Below, piece by piece: positions 1-11,226 of a stretch of DNA of 64,000 bases (positions are counted from its first letter, which is position 1; each line of letters begins with the position of its first letter). The position numbers and the translations under genes are program-made. Under the pieces are notes generated by a model. That model had not been told where the DNA came from and did no database searches. It was given only the letters and a program-made list of their open reading frames with translations. The stretch covers positions 10,602,001 to 10,666,000 of the forward strand of contig NC_135760.1 of the NCBI RefSeq assembly GCF_052425735.1. Reading direction: 5' to 3'. Source of the stretch: Oculina patagonica. Taxonomy: Eukaryota.

Positions 1-125
1 TCTTAAAATGTCGTTGGTATGTTTTCCCATATCGTTCAGGAATGTTTGTAAAAACTAACACAGTTTAAATTCTGGAGTCTTGGTAATAATAATAATGGAA
101 TATTCATGCAGGATAACCCTTAAGT

Positions 126-919
126 AGATTAAAAATATAACACAAACAGCGGTGATAAACATTATGAAAAATCGCATTTTACTAAACTTGACGTTTCGTA
201 TGCTAAGCTACATACATTTTCAAAAGTATGACCGTTAAAACTTTTTGGCAACTATTTATATATTGTGACGATGTTTACATAGGAAAAACAAAACGACGAC
301 TTCACGACAGAAAAACTGAACACTTTAAAGCCCTCACTAAATGCGACCATCCATCAGCTATTGCTGATCACATAAAAACCACCGGCCATAACATCAAATG
401 AGATCATTTCGAAATCCTTGCGTCTGGCAAGACTGACCTCCACTGCAAAATTAACGAGACATTATTTATCCAAGAACTTCAACCCTCATTAGATAGATAG
501 ATGCTTTATTAAAACTAAATTGCAACCCAAGGGTTGAATAATATAGTTTTTTACAAAAAAATTACAATAGTTAAAAAAGGTTAAAATTTCTTATATATAC
601 CAAATGAAATATACAGCTATGAAAAGTCAAATATTCATTAAATGCAAATGTCGGCAGTGAGAGGTTGCTGCTTTTTTAACTGAAATGTCACTACATTTAT
701 TAAGTTACTGCTGAAGATCAATCGTCTCAGTCTTGGTTCCAGACCCCTTTCATTACAATATATAAATAGTTGCCAAAAAGTTTAACGGTCATACTTTTGA
801 AAATGGATGTAGCTTAGCATACGAAACGTCAAGTTTAGTAAAATGCGATTTTTCATAATGTTTATCACCGCTGTTTGTGTTATATTTTTAATCAAGTTAC
901 GATGGCCTAAAACCAAGAA
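126..919 (+). mobile_element. Penelope-like retroelement remnant (GIY-YIG endonuclease fragment flanked by inverted repeats)
   Basis: About 277-490 translates to YIGKTKRRLHDRKTEHFKAL...SAIADHIKTTGHNIK*DHFEILASGKTDLHCKINETLFIQELQPSL (GIY-YIG C-terminal half with one stop). About 128-262 is the reverse complement of about 760-893. ccttaagta occurs on both flanks (117-125, 920-928), a possible TSD. Confidence 0.75.
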
Positions 920-2103
920 TCCTTAAGTACATAAGTACTGTTATAAACGGGGTCCTGCTGACTAAAAATTAATTAATGGTCTTCGTCTTCTTTTTCACGC
1001 CATTATCACCAGCAAGTTGAGCAGAACTGTCAAGGGACAAGTGATGCTGTTAGTAGCAATGGCTGATAATGGAGTTTCGCCTTCCATACTGATAATTTTG
1101 ATCTTGGTGGTAATTTTCTTTAAATCTGAACTGGAGACTTGTTAGCCCCCGGCGTATCCAATTGAATGTTCGGTGATCGAACTAAATCGAACACCAATCG
1201 TTCGATTGGGTTCGGTAATCGAACTTAATCGAACTCACAATAAAATTTGGTCAATCGAACAAAATCGAACGTTCGATTACCGAACGGTCTCGAGAACAGC
1301 CGACAATCGTACTTAATTGAACGTTCGATAACCGAACTTCTGTTTGTCTATTCTATATTGCGGACTTTTGGACGGTGCACCGTCCCCTCATTATGCACGT
1401 ATCAATGTTAAGCTGCTGGGGGGGGGGGGGGGGGGGGAGGAGGTCGGGTATAGGCCGGGCATTTGAACTTAGTTGAGACTTTCTGTTCCAATGCCCAACC
1501 CCAGGGCATTTGTGTATGTTCAAATGAGCCACTTAACTTCAATAAAATATTGTAAGAAATTCCATTAAAACGGTCAAACGTCCCCACTACGGGCAAACAA
1601 TTGCTGTCAAATTGCGAAGCCTCGATCGAACGAGCGACGATCGCAGCTTCGCCGCTCACAAATAGCGTCAAAAAAAAAAACCCTCTGGCACCCAGGATAA
1701 GACAGAGGACGATACCGAAAGCTAAAACGTGACGGTTTCACGTTAAAGCCATTTTTTGCAGGCTTCTTTTCCCGGCGAGGATCATGCCATGGCTTAAAGT
1801 TAATCACGGTCTTTTTAATATTCAAATGATCACATAGAATACGAATGAATCTCCCATCGACTGTGTTCGCCGACTCCAAATGCCTCTTTATTTTTCTCCC
1901 ATGCGGATTTGTTTTTAAGAATAAATTAGCTTTAGTTTGAATGCGAGGATACTGTTTGTTGTATTTTAATCACAGTAACTAGCTACAGCTCAATATCCTC
2001 GGCGTTTGATTAATATTTCCTGTCAGGTTTTCTTCCGTACACCCATTGGCCATCCCCTCAAAATCTTCGTATTCAGTAAAAGAAAACACCGAAAAAAAGA
2101 AGT

Positions 2104-3693
2104 ATAGTAAAAACCCGCAAGTAAGAACCTAGTTTTTCCAGCCTAAGCAGGTTCTTACGTAAATGGTAGTTAACACAAATGTAGGCTATTATAAAGGTTC
2201 TTATTTTCTGAGGAAAAAATTACATTGTTGCTTATAGAACTTTTAGCGATAGTCGGCCTATTTTTTGTATAAAACTTGCATAGCAAACAAGTGTTCATGT
2301 AAACATGAAGCACTAATCATTCAGAACATGACATTATAGCCTGGTCCAAAATTGTTTTCCCAAAAGTAAACATCTTTTCAAATGTTAGTGTTCTTATTTT
2401 TTTTTTACGATGTGAGGCTGAAACCTTCCTAAGATTATAAAACGTTCATAGACTTATCCGCGAGAAGCCGTAAATTAAAAACTATATATAGAAGTGACCA
2501 GCAATAACTATTTCCTAGTCCCAATTTTATCGTCTAAGTACAGGGATTAAAGGATGTTTCAAATGTATTAAAGAGTAATTAAATATAGGAAAAGTGATAA
2601 GGCCTTTTTGCTTATTTACTAGAAATAATTTTAGTTGCGGCGCAGATAAAGGATTAAGTGGAGAACAATTGTGAAGTAATCGTGTCGTTTTGTTTCGTTG
2701 CGCAAATTATCGCAAGGCTTTCGGAGCTATGGGCGGTTTTCATCAGTGTCACAAAATTGTTTGCATGAAAACATTAAAAAGCTATCCGATTATAGAGCTC
2801 GATAGATTTTTTTAGCAAATTTTTGTTTTTAGAATTTAGGCCATCCCAATAAAATGTTTCGTTTCCCATCGCCCCGTCTCTTGTGATGGTGGGTCGGTCG
2901 GTCGGTCGGGCAAAAAAAAACACTTGAAGGGTTCTGGTTTCCAGAAAAGGCAGAGCTGCTAAGTAAGAAAGCCTGATTTCAAACTCAACTCGAAAACGTG
3001 GTCTCTTCATTCGTTATTCCTAAACAGTCTTTAAATAACGTAGTATCGCTGTTTATTAAAGACAAAGACATCACATCATACCAATTGTTGTTAATAAAAC
3101 ACGATCACCGTATGCTTGTAAATTGAAGTACTTGCTTCTTTGACTAGTGAATCTGGAATTTTTTTTTTTTTTACTTTTCGAAAAAAATGGGTCGGTCGGG
3201 CGATGGGAAACGAAACATTTTATTGGGATGGCCTTAGTATGCAGCTGCCTTGTTTTTGTCCGTCTTTGGGGCTTAAATACAGTAAAAACCCGCGAGTAAG
3301 AACCTAATTTTTTCAGGTTAGCCTAAACAGGTTCTTACATAAAAGGCAGTTAAGACAAATTTAGGCTATTTGGGTTCTCAATAGGTTCTTACTTCCTGAA
3401 GAAAAATTTACATTGTTACTAATATAACTTTAAAAGGCATTGAACCTATTTCTTGATTAAAATTTCCATACCAAATAAGTGTCTATGTATAAATAAGGAA
3501 CTTATCATTCAGAACAAAACAATATATACATGTACAGTAATGCCTTGTCCAAACTTATTTTCCTAAAAAAGTAGACATTTAAATCCATTTTAGAAAATAA
3601 GAATCTGTTTCCAAATTTTAGGGTAAATAGGTTCGTATAAAAATGGGTCTAATTTGCAAATTTTACCCTAATACGTTTTTAATTTTTACTGTA
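2104..3693. repeat. Two diverged direct copies of a non-autonomous DNA-transposon-like repeat (about 2104-2440 and 3278-3693)
   Basis: Both start ta(c/t)agtaaaaacccgc(a/g)agtaagaacct and share ggttcttac, ttacattgtt and atcattcagaaca blocks; the second copy ends tttttactgta (inverted terminus). Confidence 0.65.
2838..3234. mobile_element. MITE with about 36-bp terminal inverted repeats
   Basis: aggccatcccaataaaatgtttcgtttcccatcgccc at the left end; its reverse complement gggcgatgggaaacgaaacattttattgggatggcct at the right end; no coding capacity. Confidence 0.8.
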
Positions 3694-4465
3694 TGGCAGC
3701 CGTAGGAATTGTAGAATGGGTAAGATATATAGATTATAGCTTTAATGTTATTCGCTTTCACTTAAAACCATTTTAGATATCACTCTAAATTATTATTACG
3801 ACTGAAAATTGAAAAATGCGATAAAAATACCCGTTTTTGTTACTGTTAAAAACCACTGGGACATCACGAATTTCAAAATGCTTAATCTCCTAAACGAAAC
3901 ACTGAATCGGTACTAAAATATGTTTAGAATATTTAAAAAGAACAGCTTTGTGTAGGATTAATTTAAATTTTGACTTTCGATGAAGTCAGATGAAAACCAC
4001 CGATTTTCGTCGACAATAAAAATTAGTGATTTGATATTCCAGAGATTAAGCCGCTATTTAATTCTGCGATTAACTTCTTCGATTTTTTTTCTGATTTTGG
4101 TGATCTTGAGCCAGACTTCTTTAGCGATTTAAAACTTAGCGAGTCCTTGATTAGCGAATTTTCATGAATCTCTTCGTGACTAGTGTCACATAAAAAATCA
4201 TCGTAAAGGAAATAGACTGTTGATAAGTGCGTGTAAGAAATGGTAAAAAATGGTAACCTCGGTCCAACTCAAGTTAACTAAGAGCGCATCTTCATAACTT
4301 GCAAATTAAACTCGTCCACGAAAAAAATAATCTGCATGGGAAAATACATCATGGAAACATTTGCACCCTTAATAGCCGGGATCATTGAATTAATCTTCTC
4401 ATTTTGACAGCAATAAATACAATTTCAGAGACAGTAAACTTTATCTTTCGATAAAGTCGTCAATC

Positions 4466-5419
4466 ATGGCCAACATCTCCAGCTCAAATTTTACAAACAT
4501 CGCCAACAAGTTGGTAAATATTAGCAAGGAAGGGGAAACACGAAATGCTCTGTACGAGATTAATTGCATCATCACCATCATCATTAACAGCATCACTTGT
4601 CCCTTGACAGTTCTGCTTAATGTGCTGGTGATTATGGCCGTGAAAAGAAGACCAAGACTGCAGAGTTACGCCAACATCTTGCTGGCCTGTTTAGCGGCAA
4701 CTGATGTTTTAACTGGCCTCGCAGTGCAGCCATCGTATATTCTGTGCAAAACATTCGAGTTATTGCCTGGTATGACAGAATCGGAGACATATGCATGCGC
4801 TTTTCACTACTCTTCTCTACGCGGCGTATCTGTTTGTTCTTCTCTTCATCTGATGTTAGTAACTTGCGAGAGGCTCATTGCAATCAAATTTACCTTGCGA
4901 TATCCTTACGTTGTCACAATGAAAAACCTTAAGGTGGCAGTCTTCGCAGTTTGGATCGTTGCTCTTTTTTGTGGCGTATCCAGGTCAATAAACAGAGACG
5001 CAATATTAACATTTTCCAACAATTTAGTAACTTTTACTTTTCTTTCGTGCATTGGTTTCGTTTTATGTTCTTACTTGATTTTATATCGTGAAACACTTCG
5101 CCACCAGAAGATGATCAAAACTCAACAGCTGCCCCAGGAGGAAGTGGAAAGACTAGCCAAAGAAAGCAAAGCGCTCAAGACAACTGTGTTTGTAGTAGGT
5201 GCCGTCGTGTTGTGCCTTGTACCTGCCGTTTTCTTTCTCGTGTTAGTGGCTTTGGGCGCTTACGGTGGCTCAGTCTCGCTTATCGGGTTCACACCGTGGG
5301 TCCGCACGTTTGCAATGTTAAACTCGCTTCTTAATCCACTGATTTACTGCTGGCGACAGAAAGAAATGAGAAAGTTCGTATTTCGATTTCAAACCCAAGC
5401 CGTGCTTCCCGCTAACTGA
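4466..5419 (+). CDS. Rhodopsin-like (class A) G protein-coupled receptor, single coding exon, 317 aa, orphan
   Basis: Seven hydrophobic segments; N-terminal N-glycosylation sites (NISS, NFT, NIS); TM1 LLNVLV, TM2 LAATD, TM3 CERL (DRY position), TM6 CLVP, TM7 NSLLNPLIY. A likely 5'UTR splice acceptor (ttctcattttgacag) ends at 4410. Confidence 0.93.
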   Translation: MANISSSNFTNIANKLVNISKEGETRNALYEINCIITIIINSITCPLTVLLNVLVIMAVKRRPRLQSYANILLACLAATDVLTGLAVQPSYILCKTFELLPGMTESETYACAFHYSSLRGVSVCSSLHLMLVTCERLIAIKFTLRYPYVVTMKNLKVAVFAVWIVALFCGVSRSINRDAILTFSNNLVTFTFLSCIGFVLCSYLILYRETLRHQKMIKTQQLPQEEVERLAKESKALKTTVFVVGAVVLCLVPAVFFLVLVALGAYGGSVSLIGFTPWVRTFAMLNSLLNPLIYCWRQKEMRKFVFRFQTQAVLPAN

Positions 5420-5457
5420 TAACCTGCGTGAAGCCACAAACAGTAGACTTGTAAAAA

Positions 5458-6377
5458 CTTATTACATGAAATTTTCGCGACACGTTAATTTCGCGATTTT
5501 GAGGTGCACATATTTCGCGACACTTAAATTTCGCGATTTTGCGAAAATTTTGTAATTTGAATCACTTTAATTTCGCGTTTTTGAGTGAGACACAATTTAC
5601 ATTTTCTTAGCAATATATATTGACATGCCTTTAAATTATATAAAACGACTTCATCGAAGGAACAATAACGTCAAAATCATCGGTAGCATGTCATTCTCTT
5701 TGTTTTTTTTGTGTGTAACATTTTAATTAATTGTAGTTTGCAGTAAGTAAGTAAGTAAGCAACGTAGTGTGAATAGTGTTTTTGTATTGTAAGCTATTAG
5801 GGACGAAGTGTCAGTAATCAAAGATGTAGAATAATAAAGGAACCGCTGTACAAATAAGCTATGTATTTCAAGTTAGTAAGTAATTATTTACTAGTGGTAA
5901 CCACAGGTTAAAAAGTGCGGGCCTTGACGCACATAGACAAGGTACTGGTAGGCAGTGCCGATAAATTAATGACTGAAATGATAAAATGGACAAAAGACAA
6001 TTATTCTGAGTAACGCGTCACGCAAGGATTTTTGCGGTGCAGTGTGAATTGAGATGTGATTTTTCTCAGTCGGTAAATTCGCTATGTTGTAAGTGTTAAG
6101 TTAGTAAGTAATTATTTAAAATGTGTCTCGTTGTATTAATGTAATTAGCGTAATGTATTGTACTCTAGCGTATTGTATTGTAAGTAAGAATTATATTTTA
6201 GAAGTAGTCATAATTAGTTATATATCCTTATAATTAACAATTATTTTTTTTCCTTTTGAAAGTGTACATGTAAAAATTACGTCTCTTGTAAATAGCCCGT
6301 TGTAAATATGTATTTATCTTTAATCTGTAGTACCTATGTAATTAGTGTTGCGTGTAAATAAAGTTGCATTAAAAAAA

Positions 6378-6424
<47 letters not shown>

Positions 6425-6670
6425 CGTCAAAATTAACAAAAACGCAAGAGGGGACTTAATCTCAATAGAGCAGTTCTCAGAATGTCTACAAGTGAGTCAA
6501 TTGACGACAACATCCATTTACATTGATTACTGACATATGCGAGTCACTTAATATTCGCGTCATTTTATGTTCGCGACACTTATTGTTCGCCTCACTTTAA
6601 TTTCGCGATTTTTTTAGAATCGCGAAATTCGCGAAATTTAAGTGTCGCGAAACTTTCATGTAATAAGGTA
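5458..6670. mobile_element. MITE (ttattacatgaaa...tttcatgtaataa TIRs, ttcgcga-rich subterminal repeats) interrupted by a retroposed insertion
   Basis: Left cttattacatgaaattttcgcgacac versus right gtgtcgcgaaactttcatgtaataag; multiple tttcgcg units at both ends. Confidence 0.75.
5678..6419 (+). mobile_element. Non-LTR retroelement 3' end / retroposed insertion with (TAAA)n tail
   Basis: 14-bp target-site duplication aataacgtcaaaat (5664-5677 and 6420-6433); aataaa followed by a (taaa)n tail at about 6370-6420. Confidence 0.75.
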
Positions 6671-7301
6671 CCTCGTGTAATAATGAATAACAAGTAATGC
6701 CGTGTAAATAATAATGTTGATGATAATGATGACGATGATGATGATAAAAAACATGTAAAAAGAAAATCAAGCCACACGACTATTTCATCGTTACATTGTT
6801 TTAAATTAATTATCACCATTGTCTTTTAACAATTAAACTTTAAAATATGGTATACTGTAACTTTTCTTTTCGTTGAAAAAGCGTCCAATGTCAGAAGTCG
6901 TTAGCTATATATAGTGAATGAGGCTTCATGTGAAAAAATAGTTCAGGCATTTTTATGGGTGTGGGGGTGGGGGTGGGAAGGAGAGTAGTATATATAAAGG
7001 AAAGATTAGTGTGGCTGTGCCAAACCACACGTTAGCATGCCTAGATTAAAACTGATGACGACTTTTCAAACCTAGTGCTTATGCTTTCGATTATCACAGG
7101 GGCAAGCACTTCTGTAAATTCTATACTTAAAAAAATAGAGTTGAAGTTGAAGTTATCACATTTCACACCAACCTCGTATCGATGGTCATTCTTTTCAACT
7201 GGTCAACAACAGGGCGGAGTGAGGGCTCTGGGAACGTAACTGGATTGAAGTTCGAAAGTCGTACTAGTACTCCGATCTAACGGTCCCTGATATCGTACCT
7301 A

Positions 7302-7528
7302 AGGGACGGACCATTATTTTTTTGGAGGGGGGGGATGAACAATATTGAAAAAAATTGTTTGCAGGGCCTGGAAAGACAAAATAAATTGTTTGCAAAAACG
7401 ATATGTATAACAAAAAATAGTAAGAATTTCGAAAAAAAATGTTTGCAGAGGTGCATAAACTACAAAAAAAAAGTTTGCAGAGGAAAATTTTTCATCCCCC
7501 CCCTCCAAGAAAATAATGGTCCGTCCCT
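7302..7528. mobile_element. MITE (agggacggaccattatttt TIR); related degenerate copy at about 8470-8712
   Basis: agggacggaccattatttt ... aaaataatggtccgtccct perfect 19-bp inverted termini. Confidence 0.75.
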
Positions 7529-8954
7529 TTTGTGCGGTCTGAGACCGAGTTAAAACGTCTGCGAGAACTTAGCCCGTCCTAGGCGTTCGATTAGTTGGGC
7601 GGCAGCGCGAAAAACGGCGGAAAATAAAACAAGAACTTGGCTTGTAACCTCTTGAGAGTATGTCCTGGCTTGTACGGAATAAAATTGCAACATAGACCTT
7701 AAACATTTGTTGATTTTTTATTAATTAAATTATTTATAAAACACCTATTTGTGGCCACTTGTTCAATAATATATTTACTAAAAGTTAAGATACATACATT
7801 TTTTTATAAAAAGAAAATTTAGAAAGCACCTTAAAGGCGATGTGAGAAGAGGCGATTTTCTTTGCAACTTGAAGACCTTGCAACGCAACAAACGTGCCAG
7901 TTGCGAAAAAAAATTCACGTTCAACAACCCTTTTTGCAACCTGCAATTCAGCAAAATGTTGCGTTGTAAGTTGCAAGAAGTTGTTTTCCTCTCATAAAGA
8001 ATTTTGGACCGAACAAAACAACGTATGCATTATCCGTGACCGTAGTACTGTCGTCAAATTTTTAACTGTTTTAAGATTTGATAAAATCATTTCATTGTTT
8101 TTTCATTTTTTCATTACCATTTCATAACTGGAACTTAAGATTTTAAACATAGCAATGTCCTATAGAAAAGTGATTTTTAAATGCGCTGTTCGCTGTTCGC
8201 CGAAAGGTTAACCGATAACTGAGATTTCAGCATCCCAACAACCTAGATGATCACTTCATAACAGAGCGCGAAAACTCGTGAGCACAGATTCACCTCTAAT
8301 TAAATCCTAATTCATGTCTGTTGCGCTCACGAACTTAACTTTCACTATAAACTTAACCGTGGTTGCTATGCGTTTCATACACGCTGTCCATACCAAGGCT
8401 TTAACCCGTTTGACTGTTTTTAAAACAGGTTAAAATGGTTTTTAGTTGTTTGTTACATCAACATTACTTAGGGACGGGCCATTATTTTTTTTTTTTTGGA
8501 GGGGGAGAGGGTTGGGCAATTTTCTGGGGAAAAATATTTTGTTTTCACCATCAGGTTGTGCAAGAATTGTTTTAAGTTTTTTTCTTATCATTTTCCTCAT
8601 TGCTCCCCTTGCACGTTTTTTTTTCAGCCGTTTTTTCTATTCAAGAATTTTGGTAGTTGCCACCCCCCCCCCCCCCCCCCCGCTCCCCGCCCTCAAAAAG
8701 AGTTTCGTCCCTTACTGCGGTCCACTGATAGCAAACAATGTCAGTTGGTATGAGCCGAGCAAAAGTCACGTGCAGGTAAAGTCGCGACCTTACGAGGTCT
8801 GAACATACGCAAATTTTACAGGAAATGATTAAACGTGTCAAGACCACTTTACCAGTGGTCAGTGGTATACGGCGTATCTCGGCACCAGTCCATCGCCGGC
8901 GTGAGCGTCGTGGTATCTCATGAAGTTGTTGTGTTTATTGTCTTGTCGGTTACA

Positions 8955-9070
8955 CTAAACTCTATTGTCCGCTCTCTTATCAATTTGTAAAGAAGGGCTG
9001 TGGTTTTGACTTCCGTTAGTTGTACCTGCCTTGGCATTACTCGTGCCTGCTTGAGAAGTAGTTGTGGTAT
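8955..9070 (-). CDS. PDGF/VEGF-like gene exon 6 (cytoplasmic tail, stop)
   Basis: ttccatacacag|, (D)[40 protein letters not shown]. Confidence 0.7.
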
Positions 9071-10274
9071 CTGTGTATGGAAGAGTATAGCATGGTTTGT
9101 CAACTCACACGAAACAGACAGATGTCTTTTTACACCGCATACATTGTTTTAAACCAAAGAAATAAAATATTTTGGATACTTCATTAAAATATCTCTAATA
9201 AAAATAATGAAGCGAAATTTAATACTGTGCCCTACAATACAAAGAAATTAAATTAGTTACATTTGGACCGAGATTATGCATCCGTTTTTCCACATTCTTT
9301 CTCTGAATCACCTTTTTCTTTTATACATTCATTGAAAATGTGAAGCTGTTTTGCGGTTTTCTCTTTATTAAAGCAAGCTTTCAGTTAATAGTCATAAGTG
9401 GTTAAACGATGACGATATTTTTGCAAAATCGCGAAATTAAACCGGACAAAATGCCTCTAACTTTCGAGTAATTTAGTACCTGCGATGATTAACGTCAGTA
9501 AAAGGTAATGAATAACAACATATTTATTTCTTTAAAAAATACCTTTAGGAGGGCAACAACAGTTGTCGTGCATCCAGTGAAAGACTCCCGCCTTATGTCT
9601 CCAGTACAGGTACAAATCAAACAGCACAACTAGAACGATAAGTTCTCCTATCATCACCGCTACTAACCGCTTCCAGTTGACCTCTTCCACTGCGAAGGAC
9701 AAAAAAGCTTGCGTGTAAACAAGCGCGTGAAAAATGTCTCATCAAATTTAAGGTAACAAAAAGATAAAGTTACTTTGTACACGATTAATCGTTACTTTGT
9801 ACACGATTAATCGCTAACTTGGTATTATCCTCGAGCTGCTAATATCAGTGTAGTTTTAGCTTTGTATTCTAGAAGGATATGATTTCATTCAATTCATCCA
9901 AAGTGAAAATATGGCTACCGAACGCGCTAGACAAGACAAGACACTGCCTCTCTCGACGCGCCCTGGGTGTATGAATGGGTACTGACGAACTGACCCACAG
10001 ACCCACTCCTAGTCGCTTTGTGCTACAAAAACAGAGTTGAGCGCTACCCACATAAACCACTGACTTCTCAGATTCTTGGAATAAAACAGTCTATACAAGA
10101 CAATTTTTCTATAACGGTTGGACTGAAAACGCTCAAGTCTGCGTTCGAGCCTTGAGGTCTATTGGACCAGAGCTTATCCCGGTTTCCGAAGTATGAAGCG
10201 ACTAACCGCCGACCGGTTAGCTCAGTTGGTAGAGCGCCGGACTGCCGTTCGGGAGGTCTCGGGTTCGACTCCCA

Positions 10275-10315
<41 letters not shown>

Positions 10316-11194
10316 CGTGCTGCCTTTGCAATATGACATCTGCAAATGGTTAGATGTTCTAGTCTTCTCGGATAAGGACGATAAACCGTAGGTCCCGTCT
10401 CCTGTATCTTCAGTACATGGTCAGCAGGGGACGTTAAAGAACCCACACACTTATCGCAAAGAGTAGGGCACGGAGTTCCCGGTGTCGTGGTCTGACCTTG
10501 TTTCACGGATTGGTGCTTCACAAAGGGTTAACCTCATTGCGCCTTTCCCCCTTGGACAAAATTGTCCAAGAAAAATTACTATGAACTATGAACTATGAAC
10601 TATGACTAGGAGTGTTCCTACTCCCCCCTGGATGGCATGCTAGTACCGTTGCAGGGTTACCCCCCAGCATTAAATTTGAGGTACCTATACACCTGGGTGG
10701 AGTGAGGCACTGTGAGAGTACAGTGTCTTGCCCAAGAACACAACGCATTGCCCAGCCAGCCAGCTCTAACCCGGACCGCTCTACCCGGAGTCCAGCGCGG
10801 TAACCATTACACCACCGTGTCTCCCATAAGAGTTTCGTGTAAAGTAATAAACTTGTGTGTTGCTGACTTACCTGTTCTTTTACCAGTGACGCCAGGCCCC
10901 ACGTTTCTCACTATAGGGTCCTCACACTCGCACGTTGTGGCGTTGAGATATTTCTCCTCAGATCTGCACCTTTCCACTGCGAACTGAGTGCAGACACAAC
11001 CACAAGCTTGGTGACTCCATTCCTGAAATTATAATTCAATTTAACATTTTAAGACACTGATGAAAATGAAGGACTGGAAAGAGAGGAAGAAGCCACTGGT
11101 GGAAGTGAATGAGTGGAAAGTGTTGTTTTAGGAAAATATTGAATTGGGGGGGGCAAAAAGGAAAAGGGGAAAGGGAAAAAAAAAAAAAGAGAAG

Positions 11195-11226
<32 letters not shown>

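Noticed and set aside
1165-1340. Regularly spaced cgaac/ttcg repeats (and 36845-36935, 51441-51565) as CRISPR-like arrays
   Set aside because: Degenerate short units without unique spacers, in a eukaryotic context; these are MITE subterminal or minisatellite repeats.
9560-9670. Superficial likeness of the TM segment (LVAVM...LYWRH...CCC) to bovine papillomavirus E5, a PDGFR-binding TM peptide
   Set aside because: Short hydrophobic low-complexity match, recalled from memory, and opposite membrane topology; most likely coincidence.
10205-10285. tRNA gene-like sequence (also 51069-51145 and 42905-42976 minus)
   Set aside because: A and B boxes are present, but there is no proper acceptor stem and each continues into a repeated SINE body, so these are SINE heads, not tRNA genes.
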